NCBI RefSeq assembly: GCF_009914755.1
Contig: NC_060925.1
Source: the human T2T-CHM13v2.0 reference genome, Homo sapiens
Strand: one strand, 5' to 3'
Length of the DNA: 64,000 nt
The notes below the pieces were generated by a model. It had not been told where the DNA came from, did no database searches, and saw nothing but the letters and a program-made list of their open reading frames with translations. Positions within the stretch are counted from its first letter, which is position 1; the number at the start of each line of letters is the position of its first letter. Shown one piece after another: positions 39,184 to 52,981 of the stretch. Made by a program: the position numbers and the translations under genes.

Positions 39184-41074
39184 AAGGCAAGTATTTATTA
39201 AATGCTTGCTGTTTATCAAGCACTGTTCAGTCCTTACCATTAGCAACTTCAGTGGCCTTCTTTTTTTTGAAGGTGAGTCATTCCCTCTTCCTCATCTCAG
39301 ACCCAGCCCTCCCTACCTACGAGGAAGTGTAGTATGGGAACTGTGGAATTCAGAGTTTTCACTGAGGGCTTGGTTCTGAGCCTTGGCCACGTAAACCTCA
39401 CTCACTCTCCACCCTCCTGTGTTCTTCTGAGGCTGTGTCTGCTGGGTACCAGCTAGAGCCTTCTGTCTGCTGGCTACCTAGCCTATTCAGTTTCAGAAAA
39501 ATAATTTCTAATCCAAACTACAACTATTTGAAATCCAGTCAGAGTGTAGCAGTAATTCATTCATTCAATAAGTTCAATCAGTGAGTAAATTCAATTTAGT
39601 AAATGATTGCTAAATTAAAGCAATCACCCAGCAAGGCTGATTCAACAATCTCAAAATGTCTGCTGTATGTTTGTGCAACGAACTTTGTAGTGTAATCTCT
39701 TCATTAAAAGATTAATATTCCCTTGTTTACTACTATTTCAAATAATACAAATTCACATAATTCAAGGAAATCTTCCAAACTAGATAACATGATATTATAT
39801 GGTAAATGCCAGAAGAACCAGCAAAACAAAAAACAAAAACATCAAACCTTCACTAATGAGAAAACAACCTTTAAAAATTGCCTTAGGCATCTATAATCTA
39901 GATTATCCCAGTTTTAAGACTTTGCAGAATCTGTGTCTAGTTGTTATATGTGTGAAGCTGGCAACAAGAGGCCAAAATATCAGAAGTGACATGCAAAACA
40001 TTTACAGTCCTGTCTGTATGTGTGTGTTCAGGGGGAGATTGATTTAAGCCAATATTTTCTACCTAGCCTGCACATTTATGTTGGCAGGATTTCACTGGTA
40101 AATATTGGTCTAAACCAAACACTGAAATCTTTAATCACATTTAAACAGACATTGCATTATACTGCATTAGACACTGCATTAGAAAGGAACCAACAGGGAA
40201 AAAGTAAGCACAGCTGATAGCTACAATCTTTCAAGGGTAAAAAGGAAAAATCAGAATTCAGTAAGAGTCTTCAGAGGGAGAAATGCCAAGAAAACCATAG
40301 CTGAAATACAAAATTTTGTTTTTCTAAAGTCTGGAGCTGAGTTCAGTTAAGTGACGTAGTTTACAAACCAGGGGAAATTAGGGCCGGAACGGAAGTACTG
40401 CTAAATTAGGAGAAATTGGCCAAAGGAAAGTGAGCTAGCTGTGACATACACAGTGTTGGCTTCTTTCTCTCATTCTCAAACAATTCTTGTTTGCTACTGT
40501 GTGGAGTTGGGTTGCCATGAAACCTGAGGCCTAATTTTATATTTCATTGGAAGTTCTGAATCTGTCACATAAAGCAACTGTTTGTCTACCCACAGAGGCT
40601 GCAAAAATCATAACTGTTAATCTTTCCTAACACACACAGAAAACCCCAACCCAAAAAGAGTTGCTTGGCTTTCTTTGTTCAGTGTCTTCATTCACATCCA
40701 GGGGTTCTTACTGAATCATCCAGAACCCCATAAATCACCTCAAGAGCCTGTGAGTCTCCTACTAAAGTGTTCCTTCCTCCATCCCTCACCACCTCTGCTG
40801 CACCAAACCCTACCCCGCACACTTCAGACACAGCCCTAGACTGCTTAGATGCTTACTAAGAAAGTCTTTAGGAGGAAGGGCTGTTTTATCTCTGAAATCT
40901 ATGCTTATCCCTTCTTAATTAAACTGTCAGGCCCCACATTTTGGTGTAGATGATAAGATTTGAGAGAAGCAGGGATCTTGTTGGGATGAATGGTCAGTCC
41001 CACTGAAGGGTGCCTCAAAGAAAAACTGTTTTTTTTTTTAAATTTCTTTTCTTTATTATTATTTTTTTAAGTCA

Positions 41075-41381
41075 GGCCTAGTGCAGTGCCTCACACCTGT
41101 AATCCCAATACTGTGGGAGGCCAAGGTGGCAGGCTCACTTGAGCCCAGGAGTTCGAGACCGGCCTGAGCAACACAGCAAGACCCTCATCTCTACAGAAAA
41201 TTTAAAAATCAGCCAGGCATGGCGGTAAGCACCTGTAGTCCCAGCTACTTTGGAGGCTGATGTAGGAGGATCACTTGGCCTAGGAGTTCGAGGCTGCAGT
41301 GAGCCGTGATCACGCCATTGTGCTCCAGCCTGGGTGACAGAGTGAGATCCAGTCTCTAAAAGAATAAAATACAATAAAATA
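41075..41381 (+). mobile_element. AluJ, full length
   Basis: cttgagcccaggagttcgagacc, ggaggatcacttggcctaggagttcgaggctgcagtgagccgtgatc. Confidence 0.92.
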
Positions 41382-42077
41382 ATTTATCAGCTCTTAGGCA
41401 AGATTGAGGAGGTGGGACTCCCAGGAAAAAAAATGTTGAAGGACTCATTGTGGTTATTGCCAAACCTGGCTGAGGATGGAAATCACCTGAAGCAATTCTA
41501 AAAAGAACAAATTCCCAGAACTCAGTCTGCCAAGACTGCTTTATACATCTGGGGTTTAGCCTGGGAATCACCCCCAGGAGATTCAGATGCACCTCTTCTA
41601 TAGACTGGTATAGTGATGAATATCAACTTTGAATTCAGGCTGGATTAGAAACCACGATCTAATATATACTTAGTGTTGTAACTTTGGGCAGATTATGTAA
41701 CCTCTCTGAGCCTCAGTTTACTCATCTATAAAACAGGGATAATAACTATTTACTGGGGGTGTGGCAAAGATTAATTAAATATTATACATAGTCTCTCACA
41801 CACTGCCTGACTTATGGTGGGTCAAAAATAAAGTTAAGCCAATCCAAATGTCTCCTTGAGACTCACCCAACTGAGATAGCCCCTAAGGCATTCCTGATCA
41901 CACTGGAGGCAAACTGCCTCAGTCTGAATGCACTAAGTCTGTGATTCTGGAAAGTTACTGAATATTAGCAAAAAATCATTATTTTTATTACCACCTCTTT
42001 TAAGACAAGCAATTATGGTGGAATGAATGCTGGCCTTTGAGTGTTCACGTCCTGGCTATAGACTTATGACCTAGAAT

Positions 42078-42374
42078 AGTGCTTCCCAATAGAAATATAA
42101 TAAACACTCTACAGGTAATTTAAAATTTTCTAGTAAACACATAAAAAGAAACAGGTGTAATTAATTTTATTAACATATTTTACTTAATATATGCAAAATA
42201 GTTAACATGTAATCAAATATATGCATTTATTGAGCAATTTACATCATTTTTTCATACAAAGACTTTGAAATTCAGCATGTATGTTACACTTACAGCACAT
42301 CTGACCAGAGACTAGCCACAGTTTAAGTACTCAGTAGCCACATGTGACTAGTAGCTACCATATTGATAGCACAG
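42078..42374. mobile_element. MER33 hAT-Charlie element
   Basis: tgcttcccaatagaaatataat...aatttaaaattttctagta...ctagccacagtttaagtactcagtagccacatgtgactagtagctaccatattgatagcacag. Confidence 0.85.
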
Positions 42375-45077
42375 TGTAGACATTCCAGATTCTAAAGCAA
42401 GTCATGTCACCTTCATGAGCCTCAATAATCTCATTTGTAAAAATGGAGATAACTTCAATGGCTTTGTTTGCAGAAGAAAATCAGTAAACTTGAAAGCGCA
42501 TGTCAACTGGTAAAGACTGTATATAACAGGTTTTCTGCTCTTTACAACACTTAGACTACAAAATACAATGCGATTTTCATAAAGTGATGTATCCAAGGTC
42601 GTGTGTGATCTGAGACATCACTCAGGATAGCATCAGGCAGAGACACTCTCCTCTAGGCAGATGAAAGAGATTTTAGCTAGTAGTGTTTCAAGAGGTTGGA
42701 AATTTCTTAGTCCTCTTCTCCTCCTCACCCAGCACCTTCACTCTCAACAGCAAACACATTTGCTTCTACTCTTCACTGACTCTTGAAATTCCTTCGACCA
42801 TTTTCATTCTACAAATAAAGATAAAATTGAGGGATAAATAACCCTTGTGTTCCCTCTGATAACATCTTAATTTGAGGCCTCCTTACTTCTTAAGCTCCTA
42901 TCTTTTTCTACAAATGATATTCTCTGATGTTAATAATTTACCAAGTGCTTATTCTCTGCACTCTTATAATTTTTATAAAATTCTGCTACCAGAGCAATAG
43001 CTCATCTTCTTAAAGATTGTATTGTATATATCAAGAGCACTGAACTTGGAGTCAGAAAGCCTAGATTCAAGTTTCCAGGTTCTACATTTTCTAGTTATGG
43101 GATTTGAGGTGAAGCCTGTAGTGACCAGAAGACATGAAAATTCCCTGAGCTTCATCAGGCTTTTCCTCTATAAAATAAAGACAATAATACCTCTCTCGAA
43201 AGGTAGATGAGGATTAAAAGAGATAATGCATAAGAAAGTGGTCTATAACTGCAAAGAATTAGACAACTATAAAATGGTATTTAGGGATTTATAAGCCATT
43301 TTGTGCATGCTATTCTTCCATTGAGCAGTTTCCAATGGTTCCTTATTGCCTGCCAAATAAAGTCAGATTCCTTAATCTAACATTAAAAACCTCTCCAAAA
43401 TTTGGCCCTGACCACACTACTTTTGGAAGTTTATCCTACTCAACCCACTTACTCAAATCAAATGTTCTAACCAACTAGAACTCTCATATTTGTCCTACCC
43501 AAACAACACTGAATGGTGTGACCTATTTCTAATTTGGTATATTTCTTAATGCTGTCCATTGCCTTACCTCATTTTCCAACCTCTCAAACTTCCACCCATT
43601 CTTCTTTACCAGGCCTCCAAATCTCTCATGATCTCGTTTTCCCTCATGTCCTTGAACTCTATCTCTGCAGCCTCTGAACTTTGCTTGTGTCTTTCTTATG
43701 ACAGCTGTAAAAACCCACGTGGGATTCTAGTAACTCTTGGTGCACAGAGACTTGCAACAAGATGCCTGAATGTGGGTACTCAGTGAGAGTTAAATATCCA
43801 AATCTGCAAGTGATTTTGCAGAAGTGCTATTGAGAGGCAAAATGTTTCCCATATAAAAACTAGCCAGCCTAGAAATCTAATCAACACATGAATGCAAAAG
43901 AAAGATAGAGCTGATTAGCTGTGGTAACACTGAATAAATCAGTAAAAAGAAGGTGATTTGTTTGGAGACTAGCAAAAAAAGAACAAAGGACAAGTATTGG
44001 ACATTGTGTCTTTGATACTGTTCAGTAGCAAAGGCCCCTTTCTTTTTGGTAATGCATAGCCCATCTGTTGATATGTTGGGCATGTCTACATTTCAACTAA
44101 TATTTTCTGAGCTTCTACTAGGTAATAGATGCTTGATGCACAAAAAACTAAAAAAATAGATTCTCTACCCTCAAGAAGGTTAGAATCTAATAGATGAGAA
44201 AAACCAAGAGAAATATTTGTAATGAAATATGGTCATTTGGAAATAGAGGTTTGCATATGGTGTTGTGAGATCTTAGAGGAAGGAGGCTTAATCCAACCTC
44301 AGAATATTTAGAAAACTTTGTAGAGGAGATGACACTAGGCTGCATCCTAAAAGATAAGGAAGAGCTAGCCAGGTGAACAAAGTTGGGAAAGGCATTTTAG
44401 GCAGATAGAAATGCTTGAGCAGAAACAACTATTATACAATCTATCTCAGCAAGGGAGCTGAGTATATCAGGCTTGAGGAAAGGAGCCATTTAAACCATCC
44501 AACTAGTTCTCCTGCTCTGATTTCATGCTTACCAAGCCATCTTATGGTTAGAATTTGGCCTCCCACATAGGGAAACATGTGATTACCAGAAGACATAAAA
44601 AGCTTTTTATAAATTACTGTTCTCTATTAATTCATTGGACTCTGATTTGCCACTGGGCTCTTGTGAGTTGAACTAGTATAAACTGAATGAACTCAAAATA
44701 CACTAACAAAATTACATTTCTGGACCTGAAAGGCTGAAGTGACTTGAATTTTGGTCATCAACCAAATTCCACCACCTTAGAGGCCATGTGGTTCTAACTT
44801 ATGAATGTTTCAAATCCATTTACCTCTCTTCATCTCCATTGCTATTACATGGTTGTAGCTATCATCATCTCCAGCATAGACTGCTGTAATAAAGAAGTCA
44901 TAATGCCATCTTAGTCCATTCTTGCTTCTATAACAAAATATCTGAGATTAGGTAATTTTCAAAGAGGAGAAATTTGTTTCTCACAGTTCTGGAAGCTGGG
45001 AAGTACAAAATCAAGGCATTGGCAGGTTCAGTGTCTGAGGAGAACTGCACTCTCTGCTTCAAGATGGCCCCTTGTTT

Positions 45078-46154
45078 ATGTGAAGGACCTCTTCAAGGAG
45101 AACTACAAACCACTGCTCAAAGAAATAAAAGAGGACACAAACAAATGGAAGAACATTCTACGCTCATGGATAGGAAGAATCAATATCGTGAACATGGCCA
45201 TACTGCCCAAGGTAATTTATAGATTCAGTGCTATTCCCATCAAGCTACCACTGACTTTCTTCACAGAATTGGAAAAAACTACTTTAAAGCTCATATGGAA
45301 CCAAAAAAGAGCCCGCATGGCCAAGACAATCCTAAGCCAAAAGAACAAAGCTGGAGGCGTTATGCTACCTGACTTCAAACTATACTACAAGGCTACAGTA
45401 ACCAAAACAACATGGTACTGGTACCAGAACGCAGATATAGACCACTGGAACAGAACAGAGTCCTCAGAAATAACACCACATATCTACAACCTCTGATCTT
45501 TGACAAACTTGACAAAAACAAGCAATGGGGTAATGATTCCCTATTTAATAAACGGTGCTGGAAAAACTGGCTAGCCATAAGTAGAAAGCTGAAACTGGAT
45601 CCCTTCCTTATACCGTATACAAAAATTAACTCAAGATGGATTAAAGACTTAAATGTAAGATCTAACACCATAAAAACCCTAGAAGAAAACCTAGGCATTC
45701 AGGACATAGGCATGGGCAAAGACTTCATGACTAAAACACCAAAAGCAATGGCAACAAATGCCAAAATAGACAAATGGGATCTAATTAAACTAAAGAGCTT
45801 CTGCACAGCAAAAGAAACTATCATCAGAGTGAACAGGCAACCTACAGATTGGGAGAAAATCTTTGCACTCTACCCATCTGACAAAGGGCTAATATCCGGA
45901 ATCTACAAAGAACTTAAACAAATTTACAAGAAAAAAACAACTCCATCAAAAAGTGGGCAAAGGATATGAACAGACATTTCTCAAAAGAAGACATTGATGC
46001 AGCCAACAGACATGAATAAATGCTCATCATCCCTGGTCATCAGAGAATGCAAATCAAAACCACAATGAGATACCATCTCACGCCAGTTAGAATGGTGATC
46101 ATTAAAAATCAGGAAACAACACATGCTGGAGAGGATGTGGAGAAATAGGAACGC
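45078..46154 (+). mobile_element. L1PA internal ORF2 fragment, truncated at both ends, frameshifted
   Basis: ORFs 45080-45496 and 45412-45969 translate to L1 ORF2p ([25 protein letters not shown]...; [18 protein letters not shown]); ends at ggagaaataggaacgc with no 3' UTR or poly-A. Confidence 0.95.
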
Positions 46155-46156
46155 AA

Positions 46157-46200
46157 AAAATTCCTGTGTTGAAACCAGTAGGTTTCAACACAGGAATTTT
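46157..46200. repeat. Perfect 20-bp inverted repeat with 4-nt loop
   Basis: aaaattcctgtgttgaaacc-agta-ggtttcaacacaggaatttt. Confidence 0.97.
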
Positions 46201-46457
46201 GGGGGGACACATTTAGATCATAACAAATGCTACCAGCAACTAGGATGGATAATTAACTAGGTTACTAGGTAATGTTTTATGTGTTTTGGTATGGTTTACC
46301 TCATTTAATCTTCATAACTATCCCACAAGATATGCTTACCCCCATTTTAGAGATGAGGAAATTAAGGCTTAGAGAAATTGAGTAACTCAAATGGCAAAGC
46401 CAGATATCAAACTCGTGTATGTCTTCCTGTAGATATGGGGCTCTTGAATACTATTTA

Positions 46458-47030
46458 GCTAACCTCATATTTCTAGTCTCTAGATTTCATTCTTGCCTTC
46501 AAGTTCATTCTCCAAATTGCAGCCAGAGGGATCTTTTTAAAATCCAAATTTGGCTGGGCCACTCCTTTGAAAGAGCTCCACCAAGTTTTCCAGTTGCTTC
46601 CAGAATAAAATACAAGATCTTTGCATGGCCTTCCATGGCTGTATATAACTTGATCTAGCTTCTCCTATCAGTCTTTCCCTGTCTGCGTTCCTGAGCATAC
46701 TCTGATGTTCCCCTTGCCTGGAATACTTTCCTCTCCCTTGACACTTAATTCTTATTCCTCAAAATCTCATAACTTTCCAAGGCAGGCCTTCCTTCACATC
46801 CCACTTTTCAGATTTTGGGTCCCTGGTTATCCCTATTATAAATGTTTATAGCATTCTACACTTCTTAGTATCTCTGTTCCAAGTTGTACTAAGTTTTTGC
46901 ATAATTATTTTTCTATTCCTCTTAGGATATAGGCTTCAAGTAAGCAAAACCTAATATTCAGCACTATACCCTTAGAGTTTCATGATGTGCCTACAACATA
47001 ATAGGCACTCAAAAATTTTACTCATTAATT
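46458..47030 (+). mobile_element. L2 3' segment
   Basis: gcagccagagggatctttttaaaatccaaat, cagaataaaatacaagatctttgcatggcc, gtgcctacaacataataggcactcaaaaat. Confidence 0.7.
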
Positions 47031-47054
47031 ATTTATCGTATCATATTCAATAAA

Positions 47055-47310
47055 TAATAGCCAACATTCATCTGGTACTTGTAATGTACCATGCACTGTC
47101 CTAAGCACTTTACATTTATTTATTTGTTAACCAGATGCTACAGCCCATTAAAATAGATACTATTATTATTCTCATTACACAGATGAGGAAACTGGGGCAC
47201 AGAGAAGTAACATCTTATGTAACAAAGTTTTATAACAGTAAGTGGTGGTACTGGAATATGAACCAAGGCAGTCTAACCCCAGAGACCAAGCTTTTAATCA
47301 CTGCTCTATA
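47055..47310 (-). mobile_element. MIR
   Basis: aatagccaacatt...ttacacagatgaggaaactggggcacagagaagt...gaaccaaggcagtctaaccccagag. Confidence 0.82.
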
Positions 47311-49712
47311 TCCTTCATAAATATTTTGTCAATATATTTACTTTGTTAGAAAAATAATTGGACAGCAGCTTGCCTCTATCCCTATCACTTTCTTGTGTCA
47401 TTGGTCTTCAATACCAATACAGGTAGATAATTAAGTTCTTTGAACATCCCTTCACATTGGTGGTACATGTTTTAGCTGGATGAGAACAGATTCTCGTTAG
47501 CATATAAATGCCAAAGGCAGAGTTCTGGAGAGCAGGTTTTCCTAAGGGTAAGGACATTAAAAGAGTGGGAGGTAGACCAAAAGGAAACAGTGCTATGAGG
47601 CTGGCACATCAAAGACATAGTTTTGCCTTGACTAAGCCTATCTCTGTAAAAGAAAGAGAAACTTAGACCATTTATTTATAACAGGCCCAGTGGTTTAGCA
47701 AAAAAGTTATGGAATTTAGAATCAATATGTCAATCAATATAATTAAAATGTCTCCTTCATTCTCCCTCCTTTTCCCATCTTCCCCTCTCAATCTCTCTGT
47801 CCTTCTTCTTTGCCTCCCTCCCTCCCAGCCGCATCATATCACTTTGAGCAAATTGTTAAATGCATCCAAGCCTCAATTTTCTCACATTCATAATGGAAAA
47901 TGTATGTCATAATGATAATAATTTCTCTCTTGGGGTTATTTTTCAAGGAAAAAAATGAGATATGCAAGTGAAAGTGCTTGGTAAACTGTCAAGTTATATA
48001 TATAAGAGCCAGTTGTGATTAGAATTTTTGTTTTACTTGTAGTCTTAGAGGAATTTGCTAAAGAGATCGGCATCAAAATGACCTACTTTTCACTGTTATT
48101 TCCCTTAAGGGCAGTGAACCTCTTCTTTTATGAATCCACCCAGAGTGAAATCCCTGTCATATGCAATTGCAAAGTTCCATATCTATAAAGACATGCTAAC
48201 AAAGTTCTGCCTAAAGAAAGGCTATATAGGGCTTGCAAACTTTGGTCTTGGAAGAATTGCATTGCAGTGTGTACATGTTCTCCTGTTCTTATGATTTGTT
48301 CCATAGATACTTTACCCAAGGTTAAAATAACATGCCCTCTTGAAATGTTGCACTCTAACCTGAGTGTGCTTCATTTACCAAATATTATATATTTGGACAT
48401 AATAACTCATGATGAAGAAAAATTATATCTAACTCTAAGGGAAAAAATCACAACCAAGATTGCCAAATAAATAGATAAATAGGCCAGTAGCCTCAACCTA
48501 ACACCTTTGCATAAAGAGATGCCAATTCCTATATGTATGAAACTATTTTACATTTTATCAAGTACTTATTGCACTATGGGAAGGAACCGAAGAATGGAGT
48601 AAGTATGCTAACTTAAAGGCATGTAGAGCCATAGGAGCAACCCAAACGTAAGACATCTACAGGGCTAGAAGCTTGTGAATGAAGCTAAAAGTAAAGCTGA
48701 ATGTAAATAATCCAATTAATACACACTTCTCATTTACAAAGATCAGAAGATTATGGGAGGAAGCTGAGAAGGCGCCTAGCTTCACAGACTTACTATTTAT
48801 ACAAGGAAAAGGGATTTCCAATATAATCATTCGCTACAATGGACAATACCACTCCTGAAGTGTATTGTTCATTGCTGTAATCCAGCACCCACCCAGCAGC
48901 AGGCTTGGCACATAGCAGATGCTCAGTGTACTTTTGCTGAATGAATGAACAAACAACTTCCCTATACAATTCTCCACATCTGAAAGGCCACTGACCTGGT
49001 ATGTCAGTTAGAATTTTGTGAAAAAACGATCCATCAGGTCAGCTCTATATTTTAGAAGTGGAAACCAACAGTCTCTAACTTAAGACAAATGTCAAGAATG
49101 CATTTTTCTGAAGTCCTACAGTAGGAAGGACGCTTTAGGATTTCATGGCCAACCTTACAAATGCTTCCTTTCCCAGGGCCAAATCAAAACTCTGTCAATG
49201 ACTCAGCTGTCAAATACATGTCAATATATCATCAGGAAAGTGACCCAGGACCAGAGAAGTGGTGGGAAGGAGGGGAGAAGTTCCTGACACGTGCCGGATG
49301 CTGTACCAAAGGCTTGGCGTATACTGATTCACTTAATTCTCACACCTAGTTTAAACTATCTTCCTGTTTTACAGGTGAGGAAATGGAAGCACAGTGGGCT
49401 ACTTTTCTTGTCTAAGGGCACATTGCTATTAAATGGCACAGTTATGATTTATAAACAGCTGGGGCAGACTCTACTGTGTTCCACTGAATTTTGAGTTAGT
49501 AGGGCATCCTGGTCTATGTCACATTAAAACCAACATTTGTCGTTGTTTTTTAGCTATGTGAGATTTACTCAAACTCTGTTGATACCCATTGTTATAGCTA
49601 AACAAAAGGAAAGGAAATGTTTTTTAGAAATTCTGCTCTTGTTTTTTTAAACTGGGCTTCCCCTAGATGGGACTATCTGTTGAAAGCCTACATGGACAAC
49701 CAGAAAGACAGC

Positions 49713-50234
49713 AAAGTGCACAAATCACAAGTTTAGAAATCAGTGAGTTCTTATAAAGTGAACATACCTATGTAACCAGTTCCCAGACCAAGAAATAGAT
49801 CATTGCCAACCCTATAGAAAGCCCTTCAAGTCCCTCCTGGTCACTAAGCCCACAAGGTAGCCAATATCTTGACTTCTATTACTATAGATTAGTTTTTGCC
49901 TCTTTGGAACTTTATGGAATTTGACCCATACTATTTTTTCATATACATTTTAATATTTGGTTTCCTTTGTTCCACATTTATGTTTATGATATTCATTCCT
50001 GTTGCTGCATGTGGCAATTGGTCCAATTGTTTTAGCCACTAGAATAACTTTGCAAATAGTTACCACCTTCTCTAATAGAAAGGGAGTCCAATTATGTGAG
50101 GCCCATAAAGGTTATGTACAGCTCTTTTCTGTGTGCTTTCTGTGGATAGAAAGTGTGGGTGACTTGACAGATAAGTTTCTGATATATAGAGATATGTTGG
50201 AATATCATTTAGATATAATTTATAGGAAATTTAT
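49713..50234 (+). repeat. Direct duplication copy 2 (paralogue 31832-32360)
   Basis: Same L1ME-like segment and the same downstream ~200 bp as copy 1. Confidence 0.9.
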
Positions 50235-51894
50235 ATTTGGGTAATATTGTGATGCTTTCAATTGCTAATCATGTGTAATTGAGGGCAGAGCATTTTTTCC
50301 TCTCAGCCTCAGTTTTCTCAACTGTATTACAAGCCATGAGACTTAAGGTTTCAAAGTTAAATGATGCCAGATACATAAAGGGCCCCTGTGCCTACTTTTC
50401 CAAGAGATCAGTGTAGTCATAAGATTACACTTCCCTGCACGGATTGCAGGGCCAGCTTTTAGGGCACCTGAGGTCTTTCACCAGTGGGGCCACTGATTTC
50501 ATAACTGCTAAAATGTGTCCCCATGTTTTCTAACTATGAGCAACTAGCTATTTGTGGCCAGGCAGAGGTTTCTAATTACCCTTTCCTGTCACTCTTCTCT
50601 GGATCTCTCCCTCTTCCCAACAGGACTCTGCTAACTCACACACCCATTTCTACTAGATTGGCATTTAAAAAGCTGGGGAAGTTGGTCTATGAACCTAAGT
50701 ATTAGATTAACTGAAAAATCATTGAAACAGAAAAAAAATAAAAAGATCATTGACTGAAAATAAGAATGTTGCTCAGCAGTTTGTACAATGTGATCCTATT
50801 TATGTTATATACATATGTATGTTTACACAGACACACAAACACATACATGACATGCACAAAGGAGTCAACAATGGTGATCTCTGACTGCTAAAAATGTGAG
50901 ATTTTTTATCATTTGAATTTTTGGCTTCTCTGCAATTTTCTATTTTTCTAAATGTGCCTATATCCCATCTGTAACAATAAATGAGATATTTGCAAAATAT
51001 ATTTAATACTAAAAGGTTTACAGTCCATTTTTGTGTTTATTCTCTGATTCTACCTTTCCCATGAGAATAGGATATTTTTCTTATCCTCATTTTAGAGATA
51101 AATAAATTTAGTCTTCGAGAACATAGGTAATTTACCCAAGGTAACCCACTGAAGCAAGATGCAGGACAAGAACCATACCAGGTCTTCTGAGTAAATATTG
51201 CACAGCTTCCCTGTGCATTAGGTAGATCAGAAAAGGGAAGTGGAGACTTCAGAAATGACAACATTTAGGAAAGCAGTTATGCAATTTTAAATGGAAGAGA
51301 TCCGAGGGTAAGATGCAACTTTAAATGCAGCATTTTCAGGAATAGGTGCATCTTTCAGTGCTAAACTGAATCCTCTGTTTCATAGACCAAGATATAGTCT
51401 TGCTAGGAATCTGGAGGGAACTATTTGCTCTAATAATTTAATCTCTGATTTCTTAGTTTATGCCTTAAGGTAAATAAGATAATCATCCTACTTCCGTATC
51501 TATCACACAAAGATGTTGCAACGATTAACGAATAGTGTGCTGGGAGCTCCTTTGAGAAAAGAGCTATTTGAATACCATATATCATTAGCAGATTAATATT
51601 ATAATTATTTACTAAATTTCTCTTCCTGTTTCTCAGAGTCAAATGCAATACCCAGCAAACTTATAGAAGGAAGAAAATCTTTCTGTGCCACTCTTGTTGG
51701 AGTGAAAGAGGGAAAGAAGAGAGCAAGAGAAGGGAGGTTGGTTCTCCCTACTTCTTCCCTCTGGAAGTTTTTGAAAGCGAAGTTCAACTGCATGACCATA
51801 CATGGTCCCATGACCTACTCTTACTGCCTCTGAGATTTGCTTCTGTGGTGTTAAACATTGTTTCTTTTCAGGGCCATCTTATGTAAGACAGGAA

Positions 51895-52981
51895 GAGACC
51901 CAGTTTCATGGGCATGTAACCTGTTGGGTTGCACAGGGCCCTATGCTCAGAAGGGCTCCATATTTGCCATCTTAAAACTTGTAATAATACTATCTTTGAA
52001 CTTGTGTTTTATAAATGATGTCTGATGGGACAATGGAGTATGTGCCAGTGGCTTGGAGCCTTGGCTCATGCACTTCCTCACTTCCTGTCACCTGCCTGTC
52101 TCCCTGGACAAGATCCTAACCATCCTCTCCTCTGCTCGCTGGTGCCCTAGGAATCGTCCAGCTTCCTTTTTCCCACCTGCACTTGTGACCATTGCTGCCC
52201 TCCATCCCCAATCAGGGTATAGGCACAGGGAGGGTCTGAGTTAGCCACATGTGCTTTGTAGCCTCAGATGGGACATGTTAGCAGCCGTCTTTGCCCTGGG
52301 CTGGCATGGCTGTGGTAGACAGAGGCCAGGTCTTGATGGGGATGAACCTCTTGTCCACCCCTGTTTCAGGTACCCAGCATGTCCCTGCTAAGAGGTTGCA
52401 GTACCCTTAGCAGTATGCTAAGATCCAAGGGGTTGTCTGCTGTGGATAGGGGCTTGGGGACCATGAGAAGGGAGAAATACCTAATTCGACTTCCCCAGCT
52501 CTTGTGCCTGGTGGGGACACAGCTCGTCAGTCTGGCGGCTATCAGGAAGGAGTAGCCAGCTGCTGGTGAGCTATGTGCGTGCCCTTAGTCATAAGAGGCA
52601 GGGCCTTCAGGTTGCTGTGAGGGTCTGCACTCACCTCAAGGTATCCCAGTGCCTGAAATAATACAATATTTAAACACACCAAACCATTAATTGTGACAAG
52701 TGTACCATAATAATGTAAGACATTAACAATGGGGAAATTAGGATGTGGGATATGTGGGAAGCCCCTGTGTTATCTTTGCAATTTTTCCGTCAGTCTGAAA
52801 GTATTTTAAAATAAAAAGTATATGAAGAAAAAACCACCATGACAAGTTGAAAGAGAGAATGCAGAAGAAAGGAAAAAACTTTATATTTTAGTATCTTTTA
52901 TAGCAATTTTACTGCTTTTTCAACAAGGGGCCCTGCACTTTCATTTTGTACTGGGCCTTTCAAATTATGCAGCTGATTCTT
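51895..52981. mobile_element. MER45B/C hAT-Tip100 element with an old L1 3' end inserted (~52686-52830)
   Basis: ttcatgggcatgtaacctg...gcacagggccctatgctcagaagggc...tctttgaacttgtgtttt ... aacaaggggccctgcactttcattttgtactgggcc...aaattatgcagc. Confidence 0.78.

Larger units (their letters stand above)
44907..46225 (-). mobile_element. MLT1A-type MaLR LTR, split by an L1 fragment and missing its middle
   Basis: Left part tcttagtcc...ctcacagttctggaagctgggaagtacaaaatcaagg...caagatggccccttg; right part ggtttcaacacaggaattttggggggacac...ataaca; 5-bp TSD AATGC at 44902-44906 and 46226-46230. Confidence 0.85.

Noticed and set aside
45080-45969. 138-aa and 185-aa ORFs as a protein-coding gene
   Set aside because: Frameshifted pieces of L1 ORF2 in a truncated element.
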